Assembly (NCBI GenBank): GCA_032117135.1
Contig: JAULZV010000020.1
Coordinates: forward strand, 1-46,513
DNA: 46,513 bases
Origin: Minisyncoccota bacterium
GTDB lineage: Bacteria > Patescibacteriota > Minisyncoccia > Phycocordibacterales > JAACPR01
Reading direction: 5' to 3'
Part shown: positions 7,854 to 17,197 of the stretch, one piece after another
Position numbering within the stretch: the stretch's first letter is position 1
How the letters are laid out: each line of letters starts with the position of its first letter
Position numbers and translations under genes: made by a program
The notes under the pieces: model-generated
What the model saw: the letters and a program-made list of their open reading frames with translations, nothing else
What the model was told of the DNA's origin: nothing
Databases searched by the model: none

Positions 7854-8357
7854 TTAAGAAATCTCTTTTTGTGCAAGCTGTAGTATGTAATCAAAATGTT
7901 TTTGAGCAACAGGTTGAACCGAGAGTCTATCCCCTTTTCGAGCAATATACATATCTTGAAATACAGGATTGTGTTTGAGTTCACGTAAAGTGATTGGAAT
8001 ATCAAATTTTTGAACAAAAGCAATGTCGACACAACTCCATATTGGATGTAGCACAGAAGATTTTGGATCGTAGTGTTCATCTTTTGGATCAAATTGAGAC
8101 TCGTCAGCATGTGCCTTGGTATGCACCTGCGCAAGACCATATATACCGGACGGCTTACTATTGGAATGATAGAACAACACAAGATCACCCACTCTCATAT
8201 CATCACGCATATAATTGCGCGCTTGATAGTTGCGAACCCCGGACCATGAAGTTACTGTGTCGCGCCTCAAATCATCAATTGAATAGCATGTATTTTCGCT
8301 TTTAACGAGCCAATATTGTTGTTTTTGAGAAGATATCTTTTTGATCTGTTTCTTCAT
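7854..8357 (-). CDS. EVE (PUA-like) domain protein
   Basis: YWLVKSEN..YSIDDL......W.GVRNYQARNYMRD.M.VGD.V.FYHSN pattern, characteristic of the EVE domain. Stand-alone protein of 167 aa. Confidence 0.8.
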   Translation of the reverse strand: MKKQIKKISSQKQQYWLVKSENTCYSIDDLRRDTVTSWSGVRNYQARNYMRDDMRVGDLVLFYHSNSKPSGIYGLAQVHTKAHADESQFDPKDEHYDPKSSVLHPIWSCVDIAFVQKFDIPITLRELKHNPVFQDMYIARKGDRLSVQPVAQKHFDYILQLAQKEIS

Positions 8358-8369
8358 ACAATCAATTAC

Positions 8370-8765
8370 TTAATTGATATATACGATAGTCAATTGAAGC
8401 ACCGTTGCAAAAGATACCCACAAAAGATATGGAATGTTGATATACGTCACCCACTTGGCATATTTGTATATTGCGACAAGAGCCCAAATTAATGTCGCAA
8501 GGACAAGGACAATGTCGACTGCTGCAAGTGTAATGTTTTGAAGTCCAAACTGTATTGGTGAGTATGCAATATTGAAAATAATATTAAGAGCAAAAGGAAG
8601 TGCAACAGAATTAGGGATCTTTTTTTGATAAAGTTGATAAAATACCCAGATAAATGAAATTGCAATAAGCGCATATAACAAAGTCCATACTGGTCCGAAA
8701 ATCCATGAAGGCGGAGCCCAGTCGGGACGTATGAGTTGCGCATAAAATGTTTCTGTCATGTTCAT
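8370..8765 (-). CDS. tspO: TspO/MBR family tryptophan-rich membrane protein
   Basis: LIRPDWAPPSWIFGPVWTLLYALIAISF plus Trp-rich transmembrane helices. Short at 131 aa. Confidence 0.8.
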   Translation of the reverse strand: MNMTETFYAQLIRPDWAPPSWIFGPVWTLLYALIAISFIWVFYQLYQKKIPNSVALPFALNIIFNIAYSPIQFGLQNITLAAVDIVLVLATLIWALVAIYKYAKWVTYINIPYLLWVSFATVLQLTIVYIN

Positions 8766-8771
8766 GCTCTA

Positions 8772-8780
8772 AGTATAACA
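8772..8780 (-). promoter_or_regulatory. extended -10 (TGTTATACT), N6 before ATG 8765
   Basis: The minus strand reads TGTTATACT-TAGAGC-ATG. The 15-mer CATGCTCTAAGTATA (8763-8777) recurs identically at 26163-26177. Confidence 0.5.
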
Positions 8781-8832
8781 TATTGTTTTTCTTCTCAAGA
8801 AACTCTGCGCACTCTCTTACTAGATACTTTGC

Positions 8833-9387
8833 TTATATACGATACGTTCTGAGTTCTTGAGCGATTTTTTTGTACTCTGGTACTGTTTGTGCAACAAGAT
8901 CCCAAAATTGCTTTTGATGATTAAATTCTTGAAGATGACATAATTCGTGAGCGACAACATATCGAGCGAGATGACGAGGTAAAAAAATAAGCTTGTAACT
9001 AAAATTTAGATTGCCTTTGCGTGAGCAACTTCCCCATCTTGTTCGCTGATTTCTGATGGTGATTCTATTGAACACAAATTTATAGTGTGCATTTACCTCT
9101 TGAATTAGTTCATAAACAAGAGCTCGAGCGTCTTCTTTGTATTTTGGGTAATCCCCTGAAGTTGTATGAGGAAGGCCTTGAGAATGAGTCAGAAGAAGTT
9201 CTATTTTTGTACGAATCCAATCACTATGTGCATCAACAAAATTATCAATATACGTAACACTCATACGAAACGGGGCTGAAACAAAAATCTCACCCGTATT
9301 TCGAACTCTCAGTTTGACAGTTTTTGAAAGCCGATATCTTTTGAGGATATAGGGTATTTTTTTATTTTTTTTACCTACTGCGAACAT
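8833..9387 (-). CDS. YgjP-like (DUF45) M48-type metal-dependent hydrolase
   Basis: HELCHLQEFNHQKQFW zinc-binding motif close to the C-terminus, as in the YgjP/DUF45 family. Confidence 0.8.
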   Translation of the reverse strand: MFAVGKKNKKIPYILKRYRLSKTVKLRVRNTGEIFVSAPFRMSVTYIDNFVDAHSDWIRTKIELLLTHSQGLPHTTSGDYPKYKEDARALVYELIQEVNAHYKFVFNRITIRNQRTRWGSCSRKGNLNFSYKLIFLPRHLARYVVAHELCHLQEFNHQKQFWDLVAQTVPEYKKIAQELRTYRI

Positions 9388-9398
9388 AATAAAAATAA

Positions 9399-10397
9399 TT
9401 ATTCAGTTTGAATCGAGGGATTTTTTGACTCAAGAAGGCAAGTGCCTGCATTTCTTTTGCTTTCGACTAGTTTACTTGAAGTAGATTGAATTACACCATT
9501 TTCGATAATCACCTCCACAATCATCCCTGTTCGCACTGCTTCTTCCCAATATTGATCAAAAATAAAATTACCAAGAGAGTAATATATTTCAACGTCTTTA
9601 TATTTTTCTACTTCTTGAATGATGTGAGGGTGCGAACCAATAACCAAGTCTGCTCCAGTATCTACAAATTGTCTCGCAAGCAATTTGACATTTTGACGAG
9701 GAGGTACGTACTCATCGCCCCAGTGTGCATATATAATCTGAATGTCCGAAATAGATTCGACTGTCTTAAGATCTTCTAATGTCTGCTCAGGAGTTCCAAA
9801 AAATTCATTATAGGGTACAAATGCTACACGCACTCCTTTAGTGTCATGAATAGCATATCTTATACTGCCAGTTCGAGGATCACCAAATGTTACAAGACCC
9901 ATCTCTTTGGTGTATTCATCAGTTTGCTTGATACCTTCTTGTCCAAAGTCTTTAATATGATTGTTTGCAAGAGACACAATCGAAAGACCTTTCGAAACAA
10001 GTAACTCTACTGCATCAGGATCGAACGTAAATCTAAAGCTTGCTGGTGCAAGGTATGTAGCGTCACGACTCACCGAGTCAAAGTCCGTCACTGTACCCTC
10101 TAGATTACCGATTACTTCATCATACCCTTCAAACATTTGAGGCAAACATGAAAACACAGTTTCGTACCCCAAATTCTCACCGTCCTTTCTAATGCTTCGA
10201 TCGATCATGATATCTCCAACAAAGAGAAATTTTGAAGCGATGACTTTAGGTTGAGTATTGGTCTGAACAAAAGCTGGAAATTGATCAGTATCAATATCCA
10301 TATGACCAGAAAAATATGAATATGCAAATGAATAGCACACAGCAGGAACACCAATAATCACCAGAACTACCCCAAAATATCTTAGTATATTTTTCAT
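9399..10397 (-). CDS. CapA family (PGA_cap) metallophosphatase-like protein, membrane anchored
   Basis: N-terminal TM helix, then FVGDIMIDR, SLANNH, YAHWGDEY and GSHPH motifs of CapA. Confidence 0.8.
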   Translation of the reverse strand: MKNILRYFGVVLVIIGVPAVCYSFAYSYFSGHMDIDTDQFPAFVQTNTQPKVIASKFLFVGDIMIDRSIRKDGENLGYETVFSCLPQMFEGYDEVIGNLEGTVTDFDSVSRDATYLAPASFRFTFDPDAVELLVSKGLSIVSLANNHIKDFGQEGIKQTDEYTKEMGLVTFGDPRTGSIRYAIHDTKGVRVAFVPYNEFFGTPEQTLEDLKTVESISDIQIIYAHWGDEYVPPRQNVKLLARQFVDTGADLVIGSHPHIIQEVEKYKDVEIYYSLGNFIFDQYWEEAVRTGMIVEVIIENGVIQSTSSKLVESKRNAGTCLLESKNPSIQTE

Positions 10398-10415
10398 ATA
10401 TAAAGTGTAACGCTT

Positions 10416-11510
10416 TTATGCCTTGATGTCTGTCGACATATCAAGGATGATTGCGACAATGCATAGATTTATCATTAAGGCCGTCCCACCTTGGCTGACA
10501 AATACGAGAGGCATCCCGACGACAGGGAGTATCCCGAGCATCGACCCAATATTTACAAAACTCTGAGAGATGAGAAGTGTGATTGCTCCCGTAATAAAAT
10601 ATTTTGAAAAATTATCTTTGACAAGCGTGGCGATTTTGTAACCCCGGAGTGCCCATACGGTATACAGTATGATCAAAAAGCTCCCTCCTAAAAACCCCAT
10701 CTCTTCGGCGAAAACTGCAAAAATAGAGTCCCCTGCCGGCTCAGGTAAATATTTGAATTTTTGAATACTATTACCATATCCTCTTCCAGTAAGTTCTCCT
10801 GAACCAACTGCAATAAGAGATTGTTGTACTTGAAAATTAGCACCTGTCGAATCACTATTAATATCCAGAAAAGAAAGTGCTCGCGTTCGTACGTGCGAAA
10901 AAGATGAACCTATGATAATAAGTATAATCATTCCCAAAGCTCCGTATTTAAAAATTTCTTTAAGAGGTGCTTTGGAAACCAAAAGAATTGCAGTCAAAGG
11001 CAGTGCAATAAGAATGATTGCGTCATAGTCAGGCTGTCGCAGAAGAGGTATTGCGGTCAACGCGACAATTGTCGCCAATGAATAAATTCCAAATTTGGTC
11101 TTTTCATTTCGTTTTTGGAATTTGGCGATCCAAGCAGAAAAAAAGATAATACTTGCAATCTTGAGAAGCTCGGTTGGTTGAAATGAAACACCTGCAATAG
11201 AAAGCCAACGACGAGCGCCGTTATATTCATATCCAATGCCTGGAATAAAAACCAAAAAAATTGAAATGAGAGATACCAAAAATAACCATGGGGCAACTTT
11301 TTTGAGAAACTTGTATCTAATTGCGAAGACAATAAAGGCAATCAAGCTCCCAGCAATCAAACCAATAACAAGTTGATTAAAAATAAGATTTGAATATTCT
11401 AAATTACGCCGAGAAGCAAAACCGAGTGCAGCAGAGTAAAAAATAAATATTCCCGAAAGTACGAGAGCGAGCGAAAGTATAAAAAAGGGCTTATCTATTT
11501 TTTTGTACAT
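10416..11510 (-). CDS. ftsW: FtsW/RodA/SpoVE (SEDS) family peptidoglycan glycosyltransferase
   Basis: About 10 TM helices with the RRWL..G.SFQPTEL.K and PDYD motifs. Lies immediately downstream of mraY. Confidence 0.8.
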   Translation of the reverse strand: MYKKIDKPFFILSLALVLSGIFIFYSAALGFASRRNLEYSNLIFNQLVIGLIAGSLIAFIVFAIRYKFLKKVAPWLFLVSLISIFLVFIPGIGYEYNGARRWLSIAGVSFQPTELLKIASIIFFSAWIAKFQKRNEKTKFGIYSLATIVALTAIPLLRQPDYDAIILIALPLTAILLVSKAPLKEIFKYGALGMIILIIIGSSFSHVRTRALSFLDINSDSTGANFQVQQSLIAVGSGELTGRGYGNSIQKFKYLPEPAGDSIFAVFAEEMGFLGGSFLIILYTVWALRGYKIATLVKDNFSKYFITGAITLLISQSFVNIGSMLGILPVVGMPLVFVSQGGTALMINLCIVAIILDMSTDIKA

Positions 11511-11513
11511 GAG

Positions 11514-12590
11514 TTATCTAATTAGTAAACTCACTATTACACCGAGGGTTGCAGAGATAACAGCAAACACCCAATATCGCATTGTCACTTTGTATGACGG
11601 CCACCCGAGTGCTTCAAAATGATGATGAATTGGTGTGGAGAGAAAAATCTTTTTGCCGTTGCGGAATTTTTTGGATGTGAGTTGGATCATAACCGAAAGT
11701 ACAGTAATTACGAGAGGAAGCGCAATAATAGGAAGTACAACAAGCCCTGCCCCGTCACCAAGTTTGTCCGTCATCAGTGCGACAGTCGTCAAAGCAACAG
11801 TTAGTGCCATTGAGCCGGTTTCGGACATATAAAATCGTGCAGGTGGAATATTAAACCATAAGAATGCAAGTGTTGAGCCAACAATCAATGCACAAAAAGC
11901 CGCCAGATCAATCTGATTATTTGAAAAAGCAATAATACCGTATGCAGCAAACGCAATCGTAAATACTCCACCAGCAAGTCCATCTACCCCATCGATCACT
12001 CCTCCTGAATATATGAAGATCATAGTCAAAATAAAGAATGGAATAAAGAGAATTCCTAAGTCAAAATAACCGACAAAAGGGAGGAATATTTCGGAGATTT
12101 CAAGTTTGTCATAAAACCACACTGAGACAGCTGTTGCAACAACACCGACAAAGAGGAGTCTTTTTTTGGCCGAAAGTCCACCTGCTTTTTGATCAGTTGA
12201 GCCTCTGATTTCCATAATGTCATCAATGAGTCCAACGAGCGCACCAAGAAGCAACGCAAAAAACGGAATCCAGGTTTGATTTCGACTAATAAATTCAAGT
12301 TGTACAAAAGCATCCAGTCCTACAATTTTAGCAAGAAACCAAAACATAAAGGCCGTCATAAAAGCAGAGATCCAAATAATCAAACCTCCCATTCGTGGAG
12401 TTCCTGTTTCTTTTTCTGCATGAAGAGACATGAAGACTGTTGCTTCCCTTCCGTCTACTGTCACAGACTTTACCTTTTTTTTCCACATCTTATTGGCATA
12501 TAAATAGTTTGTGATTGTTGGAGTTATTCCCATACCAACCAAGAATCCGAGCACAGCAGGGAGTAATACTTTTACTACTTCTATAATCAT
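11514..12590 (-). CDS. mraY: phospho-N-acetylmuramoyl-pentapeptide transferase
   Basis: Polytopic membrane protein with GLIDD, DGVDGLAGG and a C-terminal PIHHHFE motif. Confidence 0.9.
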   Translation of the reverse strand: MIIEVVKVLLPAVLGFLVGMGITPTITNYLYANKMWKKKVKSVTVDGREATVFMSLHAEKETGTPRMGGLIIWISAFMTAFMFWFLAKIVGLDAFVQLEFISRNQTWIPFFALLLGALVGLIDDIMEIRGSTDQKAGGLSAKKRLLFVGVVATAVSVWFYDKLEISEIFLPFVGYFDLGILFIPFFILTMIFIYSGGVIDGVDGLAGGVFTIAFAAYGIIAFSNNQIDLAAFCALIVGSTLAFLWFNIPPARFYMSETGSMALTVALTTVALMTDKLGDGAGLVVLPIIALPLVITVLSVMIQLTSKKFRNGKKIFLSTPIHHHFEALGWPSYKVTMRYWVFAVISATLGVIVSLLIR

Positions 12591-12625
12591 ATGCAGATAA
12601 GTATAGAATATTTTGAACCTAAAGG

Positions 12626-13564
12626 CTATCTCATTGACTCTGCAACTTGTGCAAAATATTCACTTTGGAGTGCTAATACATCATCGAAACGTGATTCTTT
12701 GGACGAATGAAGTACAACAAAGGCAGTTGGCTCATTGAGTCCCATATCAGCCACGACAGCAAGATTACCACCAGCCAAGTCTGTATACCCTGTTTTTGAC
12801 AGTAATAGACCTGTAATTTGACCTGTCACCGCATTAGTATTAGTTGCTTGAGTAATGCCATATGGCGAATTAACTGGAACCGAATTGTATTTTGTTTGTT
12901 CGTACAGACCAAGATCGTTTTTGATGAGATATGACAAAAGTTTGGTTACATCTTGAGCGGTACCCTTGGATCCAGGAACTCCACCGAGATCATCATCAAG
13001 TCCTGTTTCATTATAAAAGGCAGTATCAAGGAGACCGATTGTAGATGCAAGTGAGTTCATTCGATCAACAAAAGAACGAGCGCTCTTGGTATTCGCCGCA
13101 AGACTTCGTGCACCATCATTCGATGAAGTAAGGAGTGTGTAAGTAATAAGATCATCTTTGTTCCATTTTTCTCCAAGAGAAAGTTGAACATCCCCATATA
13201 TAGGTTCGGATTTATCTATATTAACCATCTCATGAAGTGCTTGTTCGTCAGCTACTTTGACCATAACAAGTTTGACTATTGAGGCAAGAGGTAATTGTTT
13301 GTCTGGAAATTTTTGATAAAAAACTTCCTGTGTGTTAAGTGAGACAACAAGTGCGGAGTGCGCAGTTGTGGATACGGATTGCAAATCAACTGAAAGAGGT
13401 TGTATCGAAGATTCTTGGTATTGCGCAACTGATTCAGGCATAGCTGGGCGACCAAAGAAAAAATAAACGAATCCAAAAATAGGTAAAAGTAAAAGAAGAT
13501 TCGCCATATAGAGGACTCTCATTTGCTTTTGTTGTTCAATTCGAATGTTATTTTTCAGATTCAT
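12626..13564 (-). CDS. D-alanyl-D-alanine carboxypeptidase (peptidase S11, PBP5-like)
   Basis: SxxK (ASIVK), SxN (SSND) and KTG (KTGYT) motifs after an N-terminal anchor. The true start may be an internal Met (13522 or 13507). Confidence 0.8.
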   Translation of the reverse strand: MNLKNNIRIEQQKQMRVLYMANLLLLLPIFGFVYFFFGRPAMPESVAQYQESSIQPLSVDLQSVSTTAHSALVVSLNTQEVFYQKFPDKQLPLASIVKLVMVKVADEQALHEMVNIDKSEPIYGDVQLSLGEKWNKDDLITYTLLTSSNDGARSLAANTKSARSFVDRMNSLASTIGLLDTAFYNETGLDDDLGGVPGSKGTAQDVTKLLSYLIKNDLGLYEQTKYNSVPVNSPYGITQATNTNAVTGQITGLLLSKTGYTDLAGGNLAVVADMGLNEPTAFVVLHSSKESRFDDVLALQSEYFAQVAESMR

Positions 13565-14096
13565 TGGAGTTGTCTTTAATAAATTGTGAGATTGAGTGTT
13601 TCACCTCGACGTAGTTAGGAATATCCGTCACTCTATTTAAACCTAAAAACTTGATTGTGTCCAGGCTTGCGATGTATGATGAATTTTTGGATGTGGGGTC
13701 TTTTTCGATGAGTCCTCGTACAAGCAAGTTACGGACAGTAAATTGAGAATTAACTCCCCTCACAAAATCAATCATTGAACGAGTGATTGGTCCCATATAA
13801 AGGACAATGCTCAAGGTTTCGAGTGCTGCATTACTTAATTCTGATTCGTCTTCTTGTTTAATTAATTTTGAGAGTATGTCGCTTGTTTCGGATGCGGTGA
13901 CATATTCGCATTCATGATCATTGTACGTAATTCGTGTCCCCTTTTTTTGATGATCATCAGATAGTTCCTGGAGCGACTTTTTGACATCTTCGATACTTAC
14001 CTCCAGTAATTTGGAAAGTTCAATAAACGAGACTGGCTGCCCCTTGAAAAAAAGTATTGATTCTATTTTATGTTTTAATTCCATATTATGTTCCAT
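13548..14096 (-). CDS. scpB: segregation and condensation protein B
   Basis: IESILFFKGQPVSFIELSKLL winged-helix N-terminus typical of ScpB, downstream of scpA. The start may be at 14084. Confidence 0.85.
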   Translation of the reverse strand: MEHNMELKHKIESILFFKGQPVSFIELSKLLEVSIEDVKKSLQELSDDHQKKGTRITYNDHECEYVTASETSDILSKLIKQEDESELSNAALETLSIVLYMGPITRSMIDFVRGVNSQFTVRNLLVRGLIEKDPTSKNSSYIASLDTIKFLGLNRVTDIPNYVEVKHSISQFIKDNSNESEK

Positions 14097-14820
14097 AACT
14101 TGGGATACTTGGGTTTCGTGATTCGATCATAATATCTTCAAATCTTTCACTCTGATTTGCATCAACATTACCCATCTTCACAAGCTCAAGTATAGCAAGA
14201 AAACCAATAATGACATTCTTTTTTTCTTTGTGTTCTCCACTGAGTGTTTTGAAAGAAATAGACATATGCTGACGGACACGATTAATAACTTTGTTCATCA
14301 TTTCTTCAAGAGTAATTGTCCGAGACACTCGTTTTTGAGGCTTTTTATCTGTCTTTGGAAGATTTTGCAAAAGTTGATCGGCATACCATTTCATTTTTAT
14401 GGTAGTTATTTGATCAGTCGGTAAAAATTTTACACAAGGTTTTTTGCTCGTCTGAAGTCTTGAGTATAGGATAGTATTGCCAAATATTTCTTTAATATCT
14501 TTTGCTGCTCCTCTAAAAATCTGGAGGAGTTTAAGTCTTAATTCCAGATCTTCCACCTCTGTTTTTTCTTCATCTGCAAGATCAAGATGTGGAAGGAGAC
14601 TTTTTGATTTTATCAAAATCAATGTCGAGGCTATTGAAATAAATTCCGTTAATTTCTCAAGATCCTTGTGTTCAAGCATACCTACAAAATCAAGAAAATC
14701 GTTTGTCACTTGTGCAAGACTAATCTCATTGATGTGAAGTTTGCGTTTCTCAATCATTTCAAGCAAAAGCGTGAGAGGACCTTCAAAGACTTTTGTTTGA
14801 ACTGCAAAGACGGATGTCAT
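14086..14820 (-). CDS. scpA: segregation and condensation protein A (kleisin)
   Basis: FEGPLTLLLEMIEKRKLHINEISLAQVTNDFL N-terminus typical of ScpA. Confidence 0.85.
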   Translation of the reverse strand: MTSVFAVQTKVFEGPLTLLLEMIEKRKLHINEISLAQVTNDFLDFVGMLEHKDLEKLTEFISIASTLILIKSKSLLPHLDLADEEKTEVEDLELRLKLLQIFRGAAKDIKEIFGNTILYSRLQTSKKPCVKFLPTDQITTIKMKWYADQLLQNLPKTDKKPQKRVSRTITLEEMMNKVINRVRQHMSISFKTLSGEHKEKKNVIIGFLAILELVKMGNVDANQSERFEDIMIESRNPSIPSYGT

Positions 14821-14835
14821 ACGAATGATAATTAT

Positions 14836-15801
14836 TTAAAGAGTGGTACCAATAGCCGCACGAATGATTTCCATTTGTTTAATTACGTGAGGTCTTACAC
14901 GCTCTTTCCCTTGTGCGAGAACTTTTTTGACATCTTCATCGCTAATTGAATTGAATTTTGTGCGAAGAGGTGCAATAAAATGTTCGACTGATTCGATACA
15001 CATATCCTTGGCTTCTTTGTACCCCATTCCTCCATCAACATATTTGGCTCGCACTACTTCATCTTGTTCAGGAGTAAGAAACAATTTGTGAATTCGGTAA
15101 ATAGTGTTGGTGTCAGGATTTTTGGAATCTGCAACCGAAGCCGAATCGGTTGGAATGCTCATGATGGCTTTCTTGATTTCGTCATGTGTTGCAAACAGTG
15201 GAATAGTATTACTTTTTGACTTGCTCATTTTTTCTCCGTCGGTACCTGGAACGATTTCGACCGATTCGATAATATATGCTTCAGGCTCAACAAAAGTATG
15301 GCCGTATGTAGAGTTGAATTTGCGTGCCATATCACGAGCAATTTCGAGGTGTTGTTTTTGATCCTTGCCAACAGGAACCAGTGTTGCATTATGAATCAAA
15401 ATATCAGCAGCCATCAAAATTGGATAATTAAAAAGTCCCACACTCACCTCTTTGTCTTTAGCTTGCGCATCTTTAAAAGAATGAGCTCGCATCAAATATG
15501 GCATACTTGCAAGACAACTGAGAGTCCACGCAAGTTCAGTTACCTCGGGAACGTCCGATTGTTTGAAAATAATTGTCTTTTCTGGATCAAGACCGACCGC
15601 AAGATATGCACGAGCCAAATCAATAATATTGGATTGTAGTTGTTCTGCACTACTGATGGTTGTTTGTGCATGCATATCTGCCAAAAAAAATCTGCATTCG
15701 CCCTGACTTTGAAGATTTACCATTTGTTTGATGGCTCCAAAGTAATTACCGATATGAAGAATTCCTGATGGTTGTGCTCCTGATACAATAAGTTGTGACA
15801 T
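14836..15801 (-). CDS. trpS: tryptophan--tRNA ligase
   Basis: GAQPSGILHIGNYFG (HIGH-type) and KMSKS motifs. Start at MSQLIVSG, supported by TGCTATACT 6 nt upstream. Confidence 0.92.
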   Translation of the reverse strand: MSQLIVSGAQPSGILHIGNYFGAIKQMVNLQSQGECRFFLADMHAQTTISSAEQLQSNIIDLARAYLAVGLDPEKTIIFKQSDVPEVTELAWTLSCLASMPYLMRAHSFKDAQAKDKEVSVGLFNYPILMAADILIHNATLVPVGKDQKQHLEIARDMARKFNSTYGHTFVEPEAYIIESVEIVPGTDGEKMSKSKSNTIPLFATHDEIKKAIMSIPTDSASVADSKNPDTNTIYRIHKLFLTPEQDEVVRAKYVDGGMGYKEAKDMCIESVEHFIAPLRTKFNSISDEDVKKVLAQGKERVRPHVIKQMEIIRAAIGTTL

Positions 15802-15807
15802 GCTGAC

Positions 15808-15816
15808 AGTATAGCA
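15808..15816 (-). promoter_or_regulatory. extended -10 (TGCTATACT), N6 before ATG 15801
   Basis: The minus strand reads TGCTATACT-GTCAGC-ATG. Confidence 0.5.
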
Positions 15817-15849
15817 AATTTGGTATGCTTGTAAAAACAAATTTTGCAA

Positions 15850-16314
15850 CTAGTCTCGGTGATGATTGGAAGCAAAAATAAGGACAAGAGGAATAGTGAT
15901 CAATGCGTAGTACGGCACCTTATCAAGAATAACGGCACTGAATGGAAAATTAATTTTGATAATTTCATCCAAAGGAAGAATTTTGTAGTATGCGATAAAT
16001 AGTGCAAAAATAGCTGCAAAAGCCAGGAGAAGCGAATCAAAAAAGTGTCTTCCTCCATATCCTCCACTTGATGCAGTAATTGATTTTCTCATGAGAAAAA
16101 TAAGTGCTGCATAAACAACAGCAAACAACATGACTTTACTACTTGCCTCTTTCATATCAAAAGGAAGCGTCGAGTAAATAAGTGTCGCAACATAAAACGG
16201 CAGTACGAATCGTGCAACGCTTTTTTTACTTTTTTTGTACGCAATAAAAAAAGTAAAAACAAATAAGACAATGAGGATAATGAGGTCGATTGTTAAAAAA
16301 CCAAGTTGTATCAT
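15850..16314 (-). CDS. integral membrane protein, possibly CvpA-like
   Basis: Four predicted TM helices in about 154 aa. N-terminus MIQLGFLTIDLIILIVLF resembles CvpA-type proteins, but the family call is weak. Confidence 0.5.
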   Translation of the reverse strand: MIQLGFLTIDLIILIVLFVFTFFIAYKKSKKSVARFVLPFYVATLIYSTLPFDMKEASSKVMLFAVVYAALIFLMRKSITASSGGYGGRHFFDSLLLAFAAIFALFIAYYKILPLDEIIKINFPFSAVILDKVPYYALITIPLVLIFASNHHRD

Positions 16315-16321
16315 GTGTCTA

Positions 16322-17191
16322 TTATAGACCCAACTCACTCAATTCTTCAAGTAACTTCTTAGACTTCTTATCTAATTTCTTTGGCATGTCGAGTGTAATG
16401 TGGATATATAGATCTCCTCGAGTTGACTGGTTGTATGTCACACCCTGCCCTCTCACCTTAAACACTTCACCAGGCATAGTTCGCTCTGGTATTTTAATCT
16501 CAATTTTTTTATCAACTCCTTCAACTTCTTTATGTGTACCGAGAATAAGTTCGGTTGGCTTGAGTTTGAGTTCGGTTTCGAGATGAAATCCGTTTTTGCG
16601 AAGCGTTTTATGTTTTTCGACATGGATGGCAACCAACAGATCGCCAGGATTACCTCCTTCAAGTGGTTCACCTTTACCTGTCACCTTGAGCATTTGACCA
16701 TCCTCAACCCCAGCGGGGATAGTAATTGTTACTTCGTATTTTTTGGTATCTCGTTTTTTGTAGTAGGAAATAGTTTGTGACGTTCCAAATACTGAGTCTT
16801 TAAAACTAATAGTTGTATCAACAGTAATGCTTTGTCCTTTAGGAGTTCGTCTCATTCCACCACCAAAAAACTGACTGAAAATATCACCTAGATCAAATTC
16901 AACATTTTGACCATTAAATCCCTGCTGAAACCCAGAGAAATCAAAACCACCAAATCCACCTCCTGGTTGACCTTGAGCTCCATCAAAATTTGATCCGAAT
17001 GTATCATACTGCTGACGCTTCTGAGGATTACTCAAAACCGAATAGGCCTCATTAGCTTCTTTGAATTTTTTTTCATCACCTCCTGGTTTGTCTGGATGGT
17101 ATTTTTGAGCGAGTTTGCGAAAAGCTTTTTTGATCTCGTCGGCTGACGCGTTTTTATCAACCTCCAACACCTTGTAGTAATCTTTTGCCAT
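16322..17191 (-). CDS. dnaJ: J-domain co-chaperone, DnaJ-like but lacking the zinc-finger domain (class B architecture)
   Basis: DYYKVLEV...YHPDKP J-domain, a G/F-rich linker and the C-terminal substrate-binding beta domains. The protein has no cysteine at all. Located directly after dnaK. Confidence 0.85.
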   Translation of the reverse strand: MAKDYYKVLEVDKNASADEIKKAFRKLAQKYHPDKPGGDEKKFKEANEAYSVLSNPQKRQQYDTFGSNFDGAQGQPGGGFGGFDFSGFQQGFNGQNVEFDLGDIFSQFFGGGMRRTPKGQSITVDTTISFKDSVFGTSQTISYYKKRDTKKYEVTITIPAGVEDGQMLKVTGKGEPLEGGNPGDLLVAIHVEKHKTLRKNGFHLETELKLKPTELILGTHKEVEGVDKKIEIKIPERTMPGEVFKVRGQGVTYNQSTRGDLYIHITLDMPKKLDKKSKKLLEELSELGL

Positions 17192-17197
17192 GTGTAA

